Source: Octopus vulgaris (lineage: Eukaryota). From it: DNA of 64,000 bases. Both the position numbers and the translations under genes were made by a program. Every line of letters starts with the position of its first letter. Position 1 is the stretch's first letter. Positions 12,950 through 26,724 of the stretch are shown here, piece after piece. The notes below the pieces were generated by a model that worked only from the letters and a program-made list of their open reading frames with translations, made no database searches and had not been told where the DNA came from. The stretch is taken from NCBI GenBank assembly GCA_951406725.2, contig OX597816.1, positions 123,132,001-123,196,000 on the forward strand, given 5' to 3'.

Positions 12950-13140
12950 CAATTTCAAATTTTGGTACAAGGCTAGTAATTGAGGTGGGGAAAGTAGTCA
13001 GCTGGTATTTATTCTATCAACCCTCAAAAGAATGGAAGGCAAAGTTGACATTGGCAGAATTTGAACTCAGAACATAAAGACAGACAAAATGCCAGAAAGC
13101 ATTGTGCTTGACATGCTAATGATTCTGCCAGCTCACCTTC
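12950..13140 (-). mobile_element. SINE family B copy
   Basis: The reverse complement begins AAGGTGAGCTGGCAGAATCATTAGCATG...GAGTTCAAATTCTGCC...GCCTTCCATTC. Confidence 0.75.
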
Positions 13141-13149
13141 TTACACTCA

Positions 13150-13357
13150 TTAACCCATTCGTTACCAACCTAGCTGAAACTGTCTCTGGCTCTGTAATAC
13201 AAATGTCTTGTTTTCATAAGTTTTGAATTAAAATCCTCCACCAATCTGAGTCACAATTTATATTCCTAACACTAGCTGAGTTATTTTACTAAATTCTTTG
13301 TTTTATTTTAAAGAAACACAGAGCATCTTAACAGAAATACAGTAACGAAAGGGTTAA
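13150..13357. mobile_element. TTAA-flanked piggyBac-like MITE, opposite orientation to 12484-12712
   Basis: TTAA|CCCATTCGTTAC ... GTAACGAAAGGG|TTAA; the body is a reverse-complement homolog of the 12484 copy. Confidence 0.82.
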
Positions 13358-14049
13358 ATAAATATCAACAAAGATATAGACTGACAAGATGGGCCAGGAT
13401 GGAATGAGTACCTTTGATTTGAAGTTTGCTTGATAAAAACTTATCTAAGCTCAAACAACAACAATGTTCATGATGTCTGTAAGAATAACAGAGTTTTTAA
13501 TTTTTAATCTTTGCCTCAATATGGATGTTTAAAGCTATATGTGTAGAAATAATCAATGGTGTGATGATCATTTGAATTGACGAAGCCTCTTGCCCTACAA
13601 ATTTTAAAGTTTGAGCAATTGACTGGCAGAATTATTTGAGTATCTACCAAAATATTTTACAGTAATTGTTCTGGCTCATTACCTTCTAATTTCAAATTCC
13701 AACAAAGGAGCCTTGTCTTTCTTTCCTCTGAAGTTGATTAAAATATCAGTCCATCACTGGGGTCAATATAATCAACTAACTTCTCCCTGCAAATTTCAGG
13801 TACTGTATATTTGTTGGAAGTAATTATTCAACAAATCATCACCTCCACTACTGCTGCTGCTGCCCTCCTTCTCCTCCTCCTGCTGCTACCACCACCACCA
13901 CCGCCACCACCACTGCTGCTGCTGCTCCCCCTTCCTCCTCCTGCTTGTTTAATGTTCAGTATGCTTAATTTTATAGTGTGGTTTCACTGCACTACATAGC
14001 AGTGTTTGGTTTTAGTTATATTCATTGTATTAAAGGTGTTTCATATAAC

Positions 14050-14760
14050 GAGCTTGTAATATCTAACATGACCATTTTCTGCATGTTATGCATATTTGTA
14101 AGTCCTGTGGTTTTGGTTATTCATCTGCATGGCTTTTTATCATCTTAAAAGCCTCCACTATTATAGGATTGTTTCTGATTGAAGTCAGATATGTTTTGAA
14201 TGCACCACATATGGTCGTTATACCATTCCTGAAGCATTCCTGAATGCACCATATATGGTTGTTACACCATTCCTGTTATACCATTTCTTGTGTATGCTTA
14301 TGCTGTCCATTTTCCATTTGGCATTTCTTTGTGCTGGCACAACTTCCGCAACTTCCACTCTATAATGTCTGTGGACATTCTTTCTTAGCTAAGACTGGAA
14401 AGTCAGACACAATATGATTAATTGTGTCTTCTCCGTCTTCATATATTCTGCAGTTGCTTAGTGTGTATTCTATTTCATTACATTGATTTTGGTGGTTTCT
14501 AGTGGGGTGACTTTTGGTACACAATCAATAACTCTTTATTCTCTACTTTATATCCCTCACTTATCAGCCAGTATCAGGATTTTCTTCATTGACTTCCACT
14601 TTATTCAGCTTTTTCTATGACTGACTGTGAGATTTTCTCCTTTCATTACTTTATCATGACATTCTGCAACTTCCATTTTAGCTAAGATTTTTTTTGTCAA
14701 TTTCTGATATTTCTCTTTTTTTTTCCTCCTAACTATCTATCATTGAAGCCTCTGACGGCT
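14050..14760 (-). mobile_element. Degenerate R4/Dong-type LINE fragment (zinc-knuckle region)
   Basis: Minus strand gives decayed WLISEG..., SNCRIYEDGEDTINHIVS, VLAKKE...HRH, homologous to ORF 44218-44481. Confidence 0.6.
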
Positions 14761-14842
14761 TCTTTGAAGACAAAGCAGTTTTTGATTTTATTTATGATTT
14801 GTAGCGATTTGTATAAATTTATCATGATTCTGCACAAGATAT

Positions 14843-14849
14843 ATTATTA

Positions 14850-14892
<43 letters not shown>

Positions 14893-14893
14893 C
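14843..14893. repeat. (TAT)n/(TAA)n microsatellite
   Basis: Directly visible; abuts the 3' end of the Dong-like fragment. Confidence 0.95.
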
Positions 14894-15450
14894 ATCTTCT
14901 TTCAATTCTGTTTCTGTTTCTTGCCAAGTGTCTTCCTGACACCTAGGGCAGAGAAACATACTGTATACATTTTAATGGTAGGCCATTAAAATAAACACAC
15001 CAGATTGTTCATTTACAATGTCATGTGATAGAGAAAAATGGGAAGATAGAGAGAAAAAGGAAAAAATAAAAAATAATTGGAAAAACAAAATTAAAAAGTA
15101 AACAAATAGAAGTGGGGAAAAGGAAGGAAAATTCACAGTGACAATGTTCTTCTCAATATGTATGATGTACCAGTTAAGACAATCTTTTGCACTTCCTGAA
15201 GGATGGTAAACCAGGGATCATTCTTAAATAATTTTCAGTTCCTTTTTTGATCATTCCAAGTGCTCCTGCAATCACTGGTATTGTAACTGTCTTGTGATGC
15301 CACATCTTTTTGATTTCAATTAGCAAATCTTTGTATTTTCTGACCTTACCAAATTCTTTTGCCGAGATGTTCTTGTCACAGGGTATGCTCATGTCAGACT
15401 TTACTGTTTTGGTCTTTCACAACAATATGTGGTTTATTTGCTTTGATGGT
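14893..15450 (-). mobile_element. R4/Dong-type LINE 3' fragment (restriction-like endonuclease C-terminus + 3' UTR)
   Basis: ORF 15174-15392 (SIPCDKNI...KYKDLLIEIKKMW...TIPVIAGALGMI) has typical RLE-domain C-terminal motifs; ends in (TAA)n. Confidence 0.8.
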
Positions 15451-15451
15451 T

Positions 15452-15640
15452 TATTTGCTTAGCAGTATTTCGCCCATTTTCTATGTTTTGAGTTCAAATT
15501 CCACTGAGATTAACTTGCCTTTCATCCGTTTGGGGTTGATAAATTAAGTACCAGTGAAACAGTGTGGTCGATGTAATCAACTAGACCCCTTCCCCCAAAT
15601 TTCAGGCCTTGTGCCAATAGTAGAAAGGATTATTATTATT
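15452..15640 (+). mobile_element. SINE family B copy
   Basis: GAGTTCAAATTCC...GCCTTTCATCCGTTTGGGGTTGATAAATTAAGTACCAG...CAGGCCTTGTGCC...GGATTATTATT. Confidence 0.75.
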
Positions 15641-18216
15641 GCCGTCATCATCATTATTATTTTAATTGTTGTTATTGTTATTCTTCTTGTTATTATTATC
15701 AACTAACAACTAAGTCTTTACATATGACTGGCAATGGTATCTGTTATCTTCTATAAATACTTGGTTTTCCTTTGTGCATTTCAGATAAGGTGACCTATGA
15801 CCAGTGCCAATGGCCTATTCAGGTCTTGTCAGTCTGCTGATGTTGATGTAGTTGCTCCTCAGATTCAATTTTTACAATTTATAGTGAAAGGAAATTCTAA
15901 AAATTGCAGTTTTAATTGGAAAGGTTTAGGGCACAAAAATTAGTGTGAAGTTTAGGAATATGTTACAGCAAGAAATAGTAAAAAGTAAATTTGACAAATA
16001 AACTGAAAGGTAAATTCGAGGAGCACAGTGAAGGGTAAATTAAATGAACTTGTTCTGCTAATTCAGAAAAGCAAAATCTGTTGTAATAACAGTAGGGAAT
16101 TCAAAATGAGGATTGAATGTTTCTAATTACAAGGATTATAGTGCATATGTAAGAAATGATTGGTCAGATGACTTTTATTTTTGAGTGGATATCTAAAATG
16201 CTTGTACATGTGTAGTAGCTGCCGTGTTCTATGTATGTGAACAATGTTCTAATATACACATCCAGCTGCTGAAATAGTTTCTGATTTTGAAGAGAAATTC
16301 TTTGAAATGCAGGTTTGGTTGTGAGCTTTAAAAAAATGAAGAATATATTAAATAGCATAGCCTTGATACATTTTATCTGAATCAAAGCTGGAATGGTCAC
16401 CACTACTAGAACACTATTAAGAATAGGTCTACTTAATCACAGCAACAACACATTAATACTATTGATTGTTAGTTTTTAAAAAGAATCTTGCACAAAGTAA
16501 ACTATTTCAACACAATGACATACAAATTCATTCTTAATATGTCCCAACAGATTTGGACATGACTATGCTAATTGTTGTTATTTAGCATATTCCCATTCAA
16601 ATCTGCCTGAATGTATTAAAACTGAATCTGTACATCAGTGTTTTGATTCTCTCTGGTCTCTTAGCACATGATAATTTATTATTGGCTTGGCAGACATCAG
16701 CACACATCAGCAAATAATTTGTTTTGTTGAATTCTATAAACAAGAGCTCTAATTCTTATTTAGATTCATCAATTCAGGCATAGCCTTGAGTGAAGTGACA
16801 TAACAGTGTTGAAACACTGTGGTGTCTCAAAGATCCTATACATCAAGGAATCAAGTGTGTAATAAAAACACACTATCTGAAAAATTAGGGTGTTCTCTGG
16901 AGATGTAATACATTAACAATTAGCATATTCATGTTTGAATCTACTGGAATGTATTCATGTTCAAATCTGCCAGAATATTTACATCATTTACTTCATTCTC
17001 ACAGTTGTTTGTGCACATAATTTATAATCTCAAAAAACCCATCATTTTCACATAAAACTATTTATTGACAACAATAAGCTATAGTAACTCTGCTATAGAA
17101 TATTTACTACTGCTATCATGTTCACCCTAATCATTCTAATTGCGATCATTATAATCTTGTTCCTTATTTATTTACTTTCGTGATAATTTCGTGTCATTGA
17201 TGATATGTTAGTGTGAGGCATTGCCAAAGTAGTATCTGATTTTACTTGTATTGAATGTTACTTTCATCAGCTAAAAGAAAATCTAAATGCCTCTCATATT
17301 CATCAAAACTTCTCTCAGACTATATTTTCTCCCACAGTTGTCTCACAGACTTCAGGTGAGAATAGTTCTCAGATCTCTATGACCCAACAATGCACCAGGT
17401 GTGCACAGTTACTTTCCATAACCCTCAAACAGTATTCCCCAGATCTAGTTCCTTGTTCAAAATCTCTTCGATATTTCCCATGACGACAAAGATATATTTC
17501 AAGCAACAGGAATACATTAGGATGGCTCCAGTCAAAATGGCAACCTATCTATCTTTAACATTAACTGATGTATTCTCCTCATTACTAAGTTCTCCATGAT
17601 GAGAGATAGTCAAAAACAATCATCTTCACTCCTTTCAGCCTATTTTCATCTTTAGTGTCTACCATCCAAGCTAAGTGTCATACCTTTGATCTCCATCTTT
17701 CTATTGTTTCTTACATTGGAAAGTTCTGGTCATACCACTTAATTTTAGGGATCTTTCTGATCTATACAATATCAATGTTAGTGTTATCCTAAGGTTGGGT
17801 TTTGTCACTAACAGTCTTCTTATTGCACATTAATGACATATTACTATCACTGTTAATACAGTAAATACACTTCCATTCCTTATCCTTCTGTATACAGATA
17901 TTATCAACAGGCCACCTAAGCAGTTCAGGGATGAATTGCACTACTTCTTTGAACAAAGACCTCAAAACACATCTCATAGAACCATGACAATTCAGTATCC
18001 ACAATAAAAACACCAAATTTCAACCACAAAGTTTTCAAAGAAGCACTAGCAAAGTTACTACAAATGTCAAACTTTACAATCTTTTACTTCTCATATTCAG
18101 TTATGTTACATTGACAAATATGAGTCTTTCAAACTATATTTCTCATTGAGGTAAGAATAGTCTTCAACTCTGATCAGTTGCTAACTTTCTGTATAACTCG
18201 GGTGAAACTTATATCA

Positions 18217-19517
18217 TTGGGTCATCCCATAAATAATGCGGTTGTTTTCAATTGCATGAAAGAAAAGTCAGACAGGGGACAGCATAAACTACTTGCATCA
18301 ACTTGCTATAAAAGCAGGTAGTAATTTTACCTTGTACTTATTCTCAGTGCAAGATTTGAAGAGTGCAGTTCGATTTTATTAGTTAATTTTTCAAAGCTAT
18401 AAGGGAAGTGACAAAGAAGCATATTTGGCATATTTTGCTTTATGAGTTCAATAAAGGCAACAACGCAATGGAAGGTGTGAGGATTATTAATGCAGTATAT
18501 TGGGATCGGACAATGACTATAAGCCAGTGTCAACAGTGGTTCCAGAAATTCTGAGCTGGAAACTACAGCCTAGAAGATGAGCCTCATCCTGGAAGATCTG
18601 TAGAGCTCAACGAGGGTATCCTACAAACTCTGGTGGAACAAAATCCCATCGTAACTGTTGAGGAACTAGCAGATAAGCTTGGATTTGGTCATTCAACCAT
18701 TCATCAACACCTACAAGCCATTGGAAAATTCAGTGGATCAGTGGGTTTCTCACAAACTTTCCAAGTCTGATCATGCACAGAGAGTGAATGTGTGTTCTTC
18801 TTTGCTGTTATGTCTTATGAATGAACCTTTTTGAGACCAAATAGTGACTGGTGGTGAGAAATGGATTCTCTATAAAAATGTCAAGCACTGAAGACAGTGG
18901 GTAGGGAAAGGAGAAACACTGGCACCTCAAGCTAAAGGTCTTCACCTACGTAAGGTGTTATCTGTTTGGTTGGATATGAAAGGTTTAGTCCACTTTGAAC
19001 TTTTAAACTGAAACCAAATGATAACAAAGGAGATCTACTATGAGTAGCGTGAGCAGCTTATGTCAGCATTAGAGGAGAAACGATCGTCTTTGGTTTCAAG
19101 ATGAAAGGTATTCTTCCATCAGGATAATGCTCGGCCATATAAAGGGAGGATAACATTCCAAAGGCTGGAGCAGTTTCAATGGGAAACGATGCCCCAAACG
19201 CTATATTCGCTGGACATTGCACCATCTGATTATCATTTATTCTGCAGCCTTCAAAATCATTTGGATGGGGAAAATATGAATTCTGTAGATGAGGTCAGAA
19301 CAATACTGGAGGAGTATTTTTCATCATGGACAAGTGAAATTTGGAAGGAGGGTGGGGCCTTGCAAGTCTACCAGATAGATGGAAGAGCATTGTAGAAAAT
19401 GCAAGAGAGTATATTTTAGATTAAAAAAGAATTTTATCTTAATTTTGAAAAATAATAGAAGTATAATAGAAGTATAATAGAAGTATAAAAAATTGCATTA
19501 TTTATGGGATGACCTTA
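18217..19517 (+). mobile_element. Full-length decayed mariner (Tc1/mariner) DNA transposon
   Basis: Terminal inverted repeats TTGGGTCATCCCATAAATAATGC / GCATTATTTATGGGATGACCTTA. Transposase remnants (~18400-19420): HILLYEFNKG, WVSHKL, IVTGGEKW, HQDNARP, YSLDIAPSDYHLF. Contains stops and frameshifts. Confidence 0.92.
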
Positions 19518-20464
19518 TACAATATTGATCATATATTTGGGTTAAAACTGGTGTTTCACACACAGATATCTTAGATAATGTCCAAAAGAAAATATGACAT
19601 AAGGCTGAATGGTAACTATTTCTTCACTAACATGCTACAGCTGTTCTTACTTTACCATTCCCATACTACAGTCATCTTGAGAAATATCCAAGTATATATC
19701 CTTACTGCTGAGTCCTATGTGACACACATCTCCCTTTTTCTCATCTCTTGTATTTTGGCTCCCACCCAGAATCATTACTAAGTACTCTACTCAGTCAATT
19801 GTTTCTATGAACTATTTTCTCTGAAATACTCTCCTTTCTCAGATTTTGCCTGCAGATATTGACATACAAAGACTTTTACTGCTACATTTCAACTAGTTGC
19901 TAACATTTGTAAAAGTCAATGACCCTACCTCTGTTATTTTGAATAACTGATAAAGGAAACAAAAAACAAAAAGTGAATTTACATTGCTCAGAAGCTATAA
20001 GAGTTATTGATAGATTTTTAATTTCATCATTCTTCTCAAAATTTGTAATGTAAAGTTTAAAATGTTTTTATTAAATGTCATCAATTGATACTAAATACAG
20101 CCTGAAGATGGAATGCCAACAGAATGTTTAAGTTTGATTGTTTGATGAGTAACTGAAAGAAAGCTAAACATTCAGGAATTTTCATTTGTGGCAATACTGT
20201 GAGTGTCTTGGGTTACTTCTGTTGATAGAAGAAAAGAAACAATTTCTTATCGGTGTATTTTGATTTACATGTAGGTGGATATGTTTGTGGACATGTGCAC
20301 GTGTGTGACCATGTGTGGGCGTATGTGTGTGTATATGTGTGTGCGTGTGTGCAATGTAGTATTATAAATAACTACTGTGATTCAATGAGAAATCAATTCT
20401 CCTTTAGATGTACATTACACACAAGAGAAAGGAAACAAATATAAATGATATATCTTTTTTTTCA

Positions 20465-20885
20465 TAGGCGTAGGAGTGGCTGTGTGATAAGTAGTTTGCT
20501 TACCAACCACATGGTTCTGGGTTCAGTCCCACTGCGTGGCACCTTGGGCAAGTGTCTTCTACTATAGCCTTGGGCCGACCAAAGCCTTGTGAGTGGATTT
20601 GGTAGACGGAAAATGAAAGAAGCCCGTCGTATATATGTATATATGTATGTATGTGTGTGTATGTGTTTGTGTGTTTGTGTTTGTTCCCCCAACATCGCTT
20701 GATAACCGATGATGGTGTGTTTATGTCCCCGTAACATAGTGGTTTGGCAAAAGAGACTGATAGAATAAGTACTAGGCTTACAAAGAATAAGTCCTGGGGT
20801 CGACTTGCTCGACTAAAGGTGGTGCTCCAGCATGGCCACAGTCAAAGGACTGAAACAAGTGAAAGAGTAAAAGAGTAAAGAGAGA
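20465..20885 (+). mobile_element. tRNA-derived SINE family A, full length, with an internal (TA)/(TG) microsatellite
   Basis: A-box-like TGGCTGTGTGATAA and B-box-like GGTTCAGTCCC; body GGGCAAGTGTCTTCTACTATAGCC; tail GGTGCTCCAGCATGGCCACAGTC...GTAAAAGAG repeats. Several copies in the window. Confidence 0.85.
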
Positions 20886-21943
20886 GAGAGACTGAAATGT
20901 TATTATATTCCTAGAGTAATTTCTGATGACTGAAATATTGAAATTTTGCTTTAAATCTAAGATCATATTTTACTAAAAATGTTAAGGTATTTTATTAAAA
21001 CAACCTTCCTGGGAATGGCTTGTAGTGTCTCAAAGCTCCAAAATTCTTTGTTTGCCATATTTTAAAACTGCAATAGTGTACATAATTTTATAAAAGTTTG
21101 TTTAATTCAAAATATTTATTGTCTATGATTAAAGTTTTGTCTCTATCACTCAGTGAGTCAGTGTATTAATTATTTGATATTAATGAGAATTTTGGACAGT
21201 TATTATTGATTGGATTTTCTTGTTCATAAGTTGAATTAAATTACTGAAGTTCTTAAATTACTCTCTTTGAATATACTGGTCACTGTGTCATTTCATTCAC
21301 AAAACCCATTATTCAACACCTACGTATAAGATTCCTCTTTGACCAATGCTTTCCATATGAAATATATCATTTGTTTAAACTTAATACAAATTTTTATAAA
21401 CTGATATAGAAACTTAGTGCATAGACAATATCATATAGATAAATGCTTTTGTCTGTTTTAGTTTGTTTGATCTCACTTAGAATAATCTTATCTTGTCATT
21501 GAGTGATTGTTAAAAGAAATAATAACCAGTCACAGTTATAACTTCATTGTGATTTGCATTTCAAGATATAATTTTAAGTTTTGATGATTATAACACTTTT
21601 ATATTTGTCAGTTCTTGAGTTTATTTCATGTAAAGTTTTCTTAACATAAGTATTACATATGTCTTATTTCATTATCTACTTCTGTCTCATCTATTAATTC
21701 TTGAATGTTAGTCTTTTGCAGCCAAGTTTCCAATACTTTTCAAAAGAACTTTACATCTTATTTACTTCTCACACTTTCCATTTGACTTATCGCTACAGCT
21801 TGCATTACACACTGTGAGCCTTTATTAAGTAATTTATCTTTCAAGGTGTTACAAGAGTTTATGTGATAAAGTAGAGAACTAAGTATTCAATCTCTCTCAT
21901 GTGCATGCACACGTGTGCACTGTCCTCTCAATATCCTTTTCTA

Positions 21944-21946
<3 letters not shown>

Positions 21947-21990
<44 letters not shown>
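21947..21990. repeat. (CT)n microsatellite
   Basis: Directly visible. Confidence 0.9.
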
Positions 21991-24900
21991 GTCATAAATA
22001 ACATTCTACTATCTTAAAAACAAAAAGGACACTGAATAATGTGGTTCTAAATATAGTATCTGAATAAAAGATTGGATGCCACAGCTGGAACAGTGTTGAT
22101 CACAAATATTGGTAAAGAATATCTTGGCTCAAAAATTCAATAGCTGTTACGTTTATATTCTGATCTTTTCAGGCAACCGTAGCTTTTGTCATACTTAACA
22201 TAAAAGGAAATGATATTGGTAAATGACCAACATCAATATTTTTTTGTTTTATAGTTATGTTTTTAATACTTACCTCATTGAATATGTAATACTAAGTCGA
22301 CTATTGTTTCCTTTTTCTATAGGGACAGTATCTCTAAATTATTGTCTATGTCACTAAATGTTTTGGCTATGTAATTCATTCATCTATTTTTCAACAAGTG
22401 CTGTGAAAGATATATTTTGCGCAGGAAGTCAGAATAGAACTGAAATATGTTCAAATTTGTCTCCCACATTTGCCAGTAAAAGAAAATGATATTATTCATG
22501 ACTTGGCTTTTTTTTTATTTCATCACATATTTATTTCTAGTTTCCTTTTATTGTTTCATGCATTAAATATGTTAATACTAACCTGTTGACCTAGCTTCAT
22601 AATAATTTACTGTAGAAGTTATATGCTGGGTAGAATGCTGATTATTTAGCAACTTTCTTGTCTTACAATTCAAAACCTCTATAAATGAATGATCTTTTAT
22701 CAATCTAGTATCAGAAAATTATGTTAGTATTTTCTTTCAAAACAAATTTTGCAATAAGATTTGCATTCATGCAGCACTCGGGTATTACCTGAAATATAGA
22801 TGTACACGTTTTATTTCAAAGTATGAATGAATTTTTTTCTTTTTATCAGTAGCTAACTATGATTATTGGTTAACAAATTCTTCAAGCAAAATATTCTACT
22901 TAGTTTTGTTAAGTCAGTGGAAAACAAGTACTTACTCTACTCACTTGATAATAAATTTGATAGCATCAAGCAAATGTATTTTTCTGGTAAGTCCCTATTC
23001 CAAATATCCAAGTAGAGAAAATGTTATCAGTCATTGATCAATATTTTCTGTTTTTCATTGCATATGTTTTACAGCACATTAGATATGTTTGCACTAACTT
23101 TACTATAATTTTTTATAGAGATTGTGTCCCTAATTCCGTTATCTTCTGAACAGTTTTATTTTCTGTACCACTAAGCATACAATCTTGTATATTTACTTGA
23201 TAAGTCATTCATATCTACCACAATGAGTCAAAGATCTTGTTTTATAAAATTATTGTCTTTGTTCATTCATCTCATTTGTTCTAATTCAGCTTTAATCATC
23301 TGACTTTTTGTGTTACATTAATTTATTTCCTCTAGAAATTTAGTCCTGATTTGAGCTCATTCTTTATCATCATTTTGCAAAATTTATCATATCATTATTT
23401 ATTTGGAGGAGGAGGGGAAGTGCTAATGACATTTGAAGACACTTGTAAACAATTTAGTTAGTACAGCTGATGTTCAGTTTAAACTTTTCCAACTTGTTTT
23501 CTGAAGAAAAAAACATCAGCAGAAGGAGAGTTGAATATTTTTATAGTCTTAAAGAAAACTGATAATGAGAACGTTTTAAGTAGTGTCAGCAACCAGATAC
23601 ATCAATTTAATTGAAATAATCAGAAAGATATAATCAGGGATCCAGTTGTTTAGCTCCAGATCCCTTTAGTAAAGCACTGTAATTTAGTGATCTAAAGAAC
23701 TAAAAAATGTTTGTTAAAAATAATTTATGAACTAGAGCCATCTCATTTATTCAATGAGGTTGTAGATTACGTTTTGAGTAGAAACTGATCAGACCAAACA
23801 CATTTACACCAATACAGTGCTATCTCTAACATAATGTGTCCCCAACGTTTTACCCCTAAGATTATTAACAAATTTTATCTTCTTTCTAACACTTGAATAT
23901 AATGGTACTCCATAACATTTACTTTTGTTGTTTTGCATTAAATTACTTGCCTTAAAAACAGGGAAATACTGTGTGACAACAACTAGTCAATCTATAACCA
24001 TCATATCATTTCCAGGAATAACATATCCAAGTCTGTATTATCCAATGTAAGATGATAGAATATGTCAAGCAAGTCAAGCAACTACAAGGAGGTCCCAGTT
24101 TTAAAGATAATAACAGTATTAAACTTATTAGTAATTCATGTGGCTCAATACAATCTGTAAATGATTATTATGTTTAAAACATATTTAGTTTTGGAAAATC
24201 ATCATTTATTGAGAGATGTCATGAGGGACACAGCTTTAAAAATTTTATGTTTAAGAGTATCATTACAAATGAATGTTTAGCTATTACTTACAAATAATTA
24301 GTTGTTTCAATAATTAAAGCTATTACATCACGAAATATAAATATTTTTCAGTTGCTGAAGACATTCAGATTAGTTTGTGAGAAATAGTGTCTCCTCTATT
24401 GTCAACTAGGATATATAATTAATGAGAAACATAGATAATCATTATAAAGTAGCATTAATTTCTTCACTTAATTATTTTCTTATTTATCTTTTGCTTAGCT
24501 TCATAGGACGATGTTAAAAGTGGCCTGAAAGCTTCAGTGTTTAAGATTTTGATGATAAATTTATCAATTCTAAAAATCTCTTTTGTATTTTATATTCATA
24601 ATTAAAGAAAATAGCCATTGCACATTAAGACACATACAGGCACATCTTTCAACTTAGGCATTATTGGATTTACAAACCTATGAGACACTTTCGTAGATGA
24701 CAAACAGACATAACAGTCTTGGTGCTCAACATATTCATTCTCATCTGGTTGGCTAGAAGTTTTGCATGGAGAAGATATAATCAATATATTATTGACATTT
24801 TCTTTTTATCAATTCTGCAGCATCTACCAAAGCATTTAAAATATATATGATCCTTCTACATGCAAAGTCTCTATTAAATCTCATATATTTTCAAGTGAAG

Positions 24901-25507
24901 CTGGCTTGTAGACTTGAAATAGATCTTTGGCAGTATACAAAGATGTATATATCATCATCATCATCATCATCATCATTATTTAGCATCTATTCTCCATGTT
25001 TTGACTGCAGCTGGAGAGCTGCTCAAGCTCCATTTTTCTGTTTTCGTATGGTCTCTATGAATGGATACCCTTCCTAACACCAAGCACTTTACAGAGTGTA
25101 TTTGGTGCTTTTAACATATCACAGGCATGGATAACTTAGATATGCCACTTCATTTTATATTTCTTCAGTTTATTCAGCTGAAAAATGTGTACCAGGTCTC
25201 AACAGGAGGAGGTTGAGAGGATGACAATTTCTGCTCATGGCTACCTAGTTACCAAGCATAGTACCATATCATACTTGCTTGTGTGTAGTAGCTGTATCTA
25301 TAGTAATAAATTAATAAAATTAAGTAAACTGAGCCATACTAGACTGCAAGAATGTCCACAACTGAATTTCTTTCTTTTTTCTTTTGTGAGTCAACTTGTT
25401 ATTCAAAACCTTTGACTCGAAATTTAACATTTTAGGGATATGACATTTAGCTGACTTATTAACAGATCGGTGATTGTTTCAGATGCATGATTGTGATTTA
25501 AAGTAAT

Positions 25508-26724
25508 ATTCAAGGGGATACCCAAAAGTAACTAAAAACGTTCTCCGTGGGACAAGCCCGTTGAAGTTCGGGATTCTGCCCCTAGAATGATGTGACCCTC
25601 AGGCATCATTCTGCCAAGCAGCGTCGTTGAGTCAAGTTGTACTGCCATGTGTCTTTGTCTTGCAGTGCTTCTCTGTTCATCGATTTTTGTGATGGCTAAA
25701 ATGAAGAGAAAGCATGCATCTGTGAAACTCTGTTTTCTACTGAGGAAAACGGCGGCAAAAACAGTTCTCATGTTTCAAATAACTTAGAAGAGCAATCTCA
25801 TGAGCAAAACACAAGTTTATGAGTGGTTTTCACACTTTGGGAATGGTTACTTGTTGCTTGTTCAGGGTGACCATTGAGCAAATGAAAATTCATGAACTGA
25901 TCTTGGTGGACCATAGCTGAACAATTGATGAACTTGTTGACATGATTGGTATGTTCTAGAGCTCTTACCAACGAATGGGGAATTTCGAATAAAAAGAGTT
26001 GCATCAAAATTTGTGCCGAGCTTGCTCTTGGAAGATCAAAAGCAGCCACGACTGAATGCATGTCATGAACTGTAAGAACAGTTGGAAGTTGATCTGGACC
26101 TTTTTTCAAAGGTGACAAAGGCTGGTGCTGTTGCTACGACCTGGAAACGAAGCAGCAATCAAGTCAATGGAAGTATTTAATGTCCCCAAAGAGTACAAGA
26201 GAAGTCCAATATCAAAACAAAGTTGATTTGTTTCATCGATGTGAAAGAAATTGTCCACACAATATTTGTTCCACCTGGTCACACTCTTAACCAGACATTT
26301 TCCTTGCCAGTTCTGAAGTGTTTGTGCGACATGGTGAGATGGAAATGCCCCAACCAGTGGAAAAGTGGGGAGTGGTGGTTTCATCATGACAATGCATCTT
26401 CACACATTGTCTTGATTGTGAGACAGTTTTTGACAAAAAATGGCATGACCTTGTTTACCCCCTCCCTATTAACCTGGTCTTGCTCCCTGCAACTTTTTCT
26501 TGTTCCCCCATTTGAAAAAAGTCCTTAAAGGAAAATGTTTTGCAGATGTGGAAAAGGTGAAGAAAAATACAACTGAGGTGTTAAAAAGCATCACTTTGAA
26601 CAATGGAATATGCTTCTGAACCGATGTATTGCTTCAAATGGAAAATTTTTAGAAGGCATTAAAAGTGTAAACATGTAATGTTAAATAAATAAAATAAGTT
26701 TGGAAAATTCCGGTTTCTTTTGGG
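25508..26724 (+). mobile_element. Second decayed mariner element (different family)
   Basis: Transposase remnants VKLCFLLRKTAA, FIDVKEIVHTIFVPPGHTLN, WWFHHDNASSH, DLAPC.FFLFP-like; degenerate ends GGGATACCCAAAAGTAAC / ATTCCGGTTTCTTTTGGG. Confidence 0.82.

Noticed and set aside
14198-14290. Short tandem duplication, and similar ones at ~16925-16980, 19452-19487, 40571/40751 and 58338/58406
   Set aside because: Ordinary local slippage or duplication; no sign of function.
20095-20260. CTGAAGA motif as a possible hammerhead
   Set aside because: I could not find a correctly placed GAAA, stem III and NUH closing the fold.
20465-20535. tRNA-like A/B boxes as tRNA genes
   Set aside because: They are SINE heads without a full cloverleaf and continue into repeat bodies.
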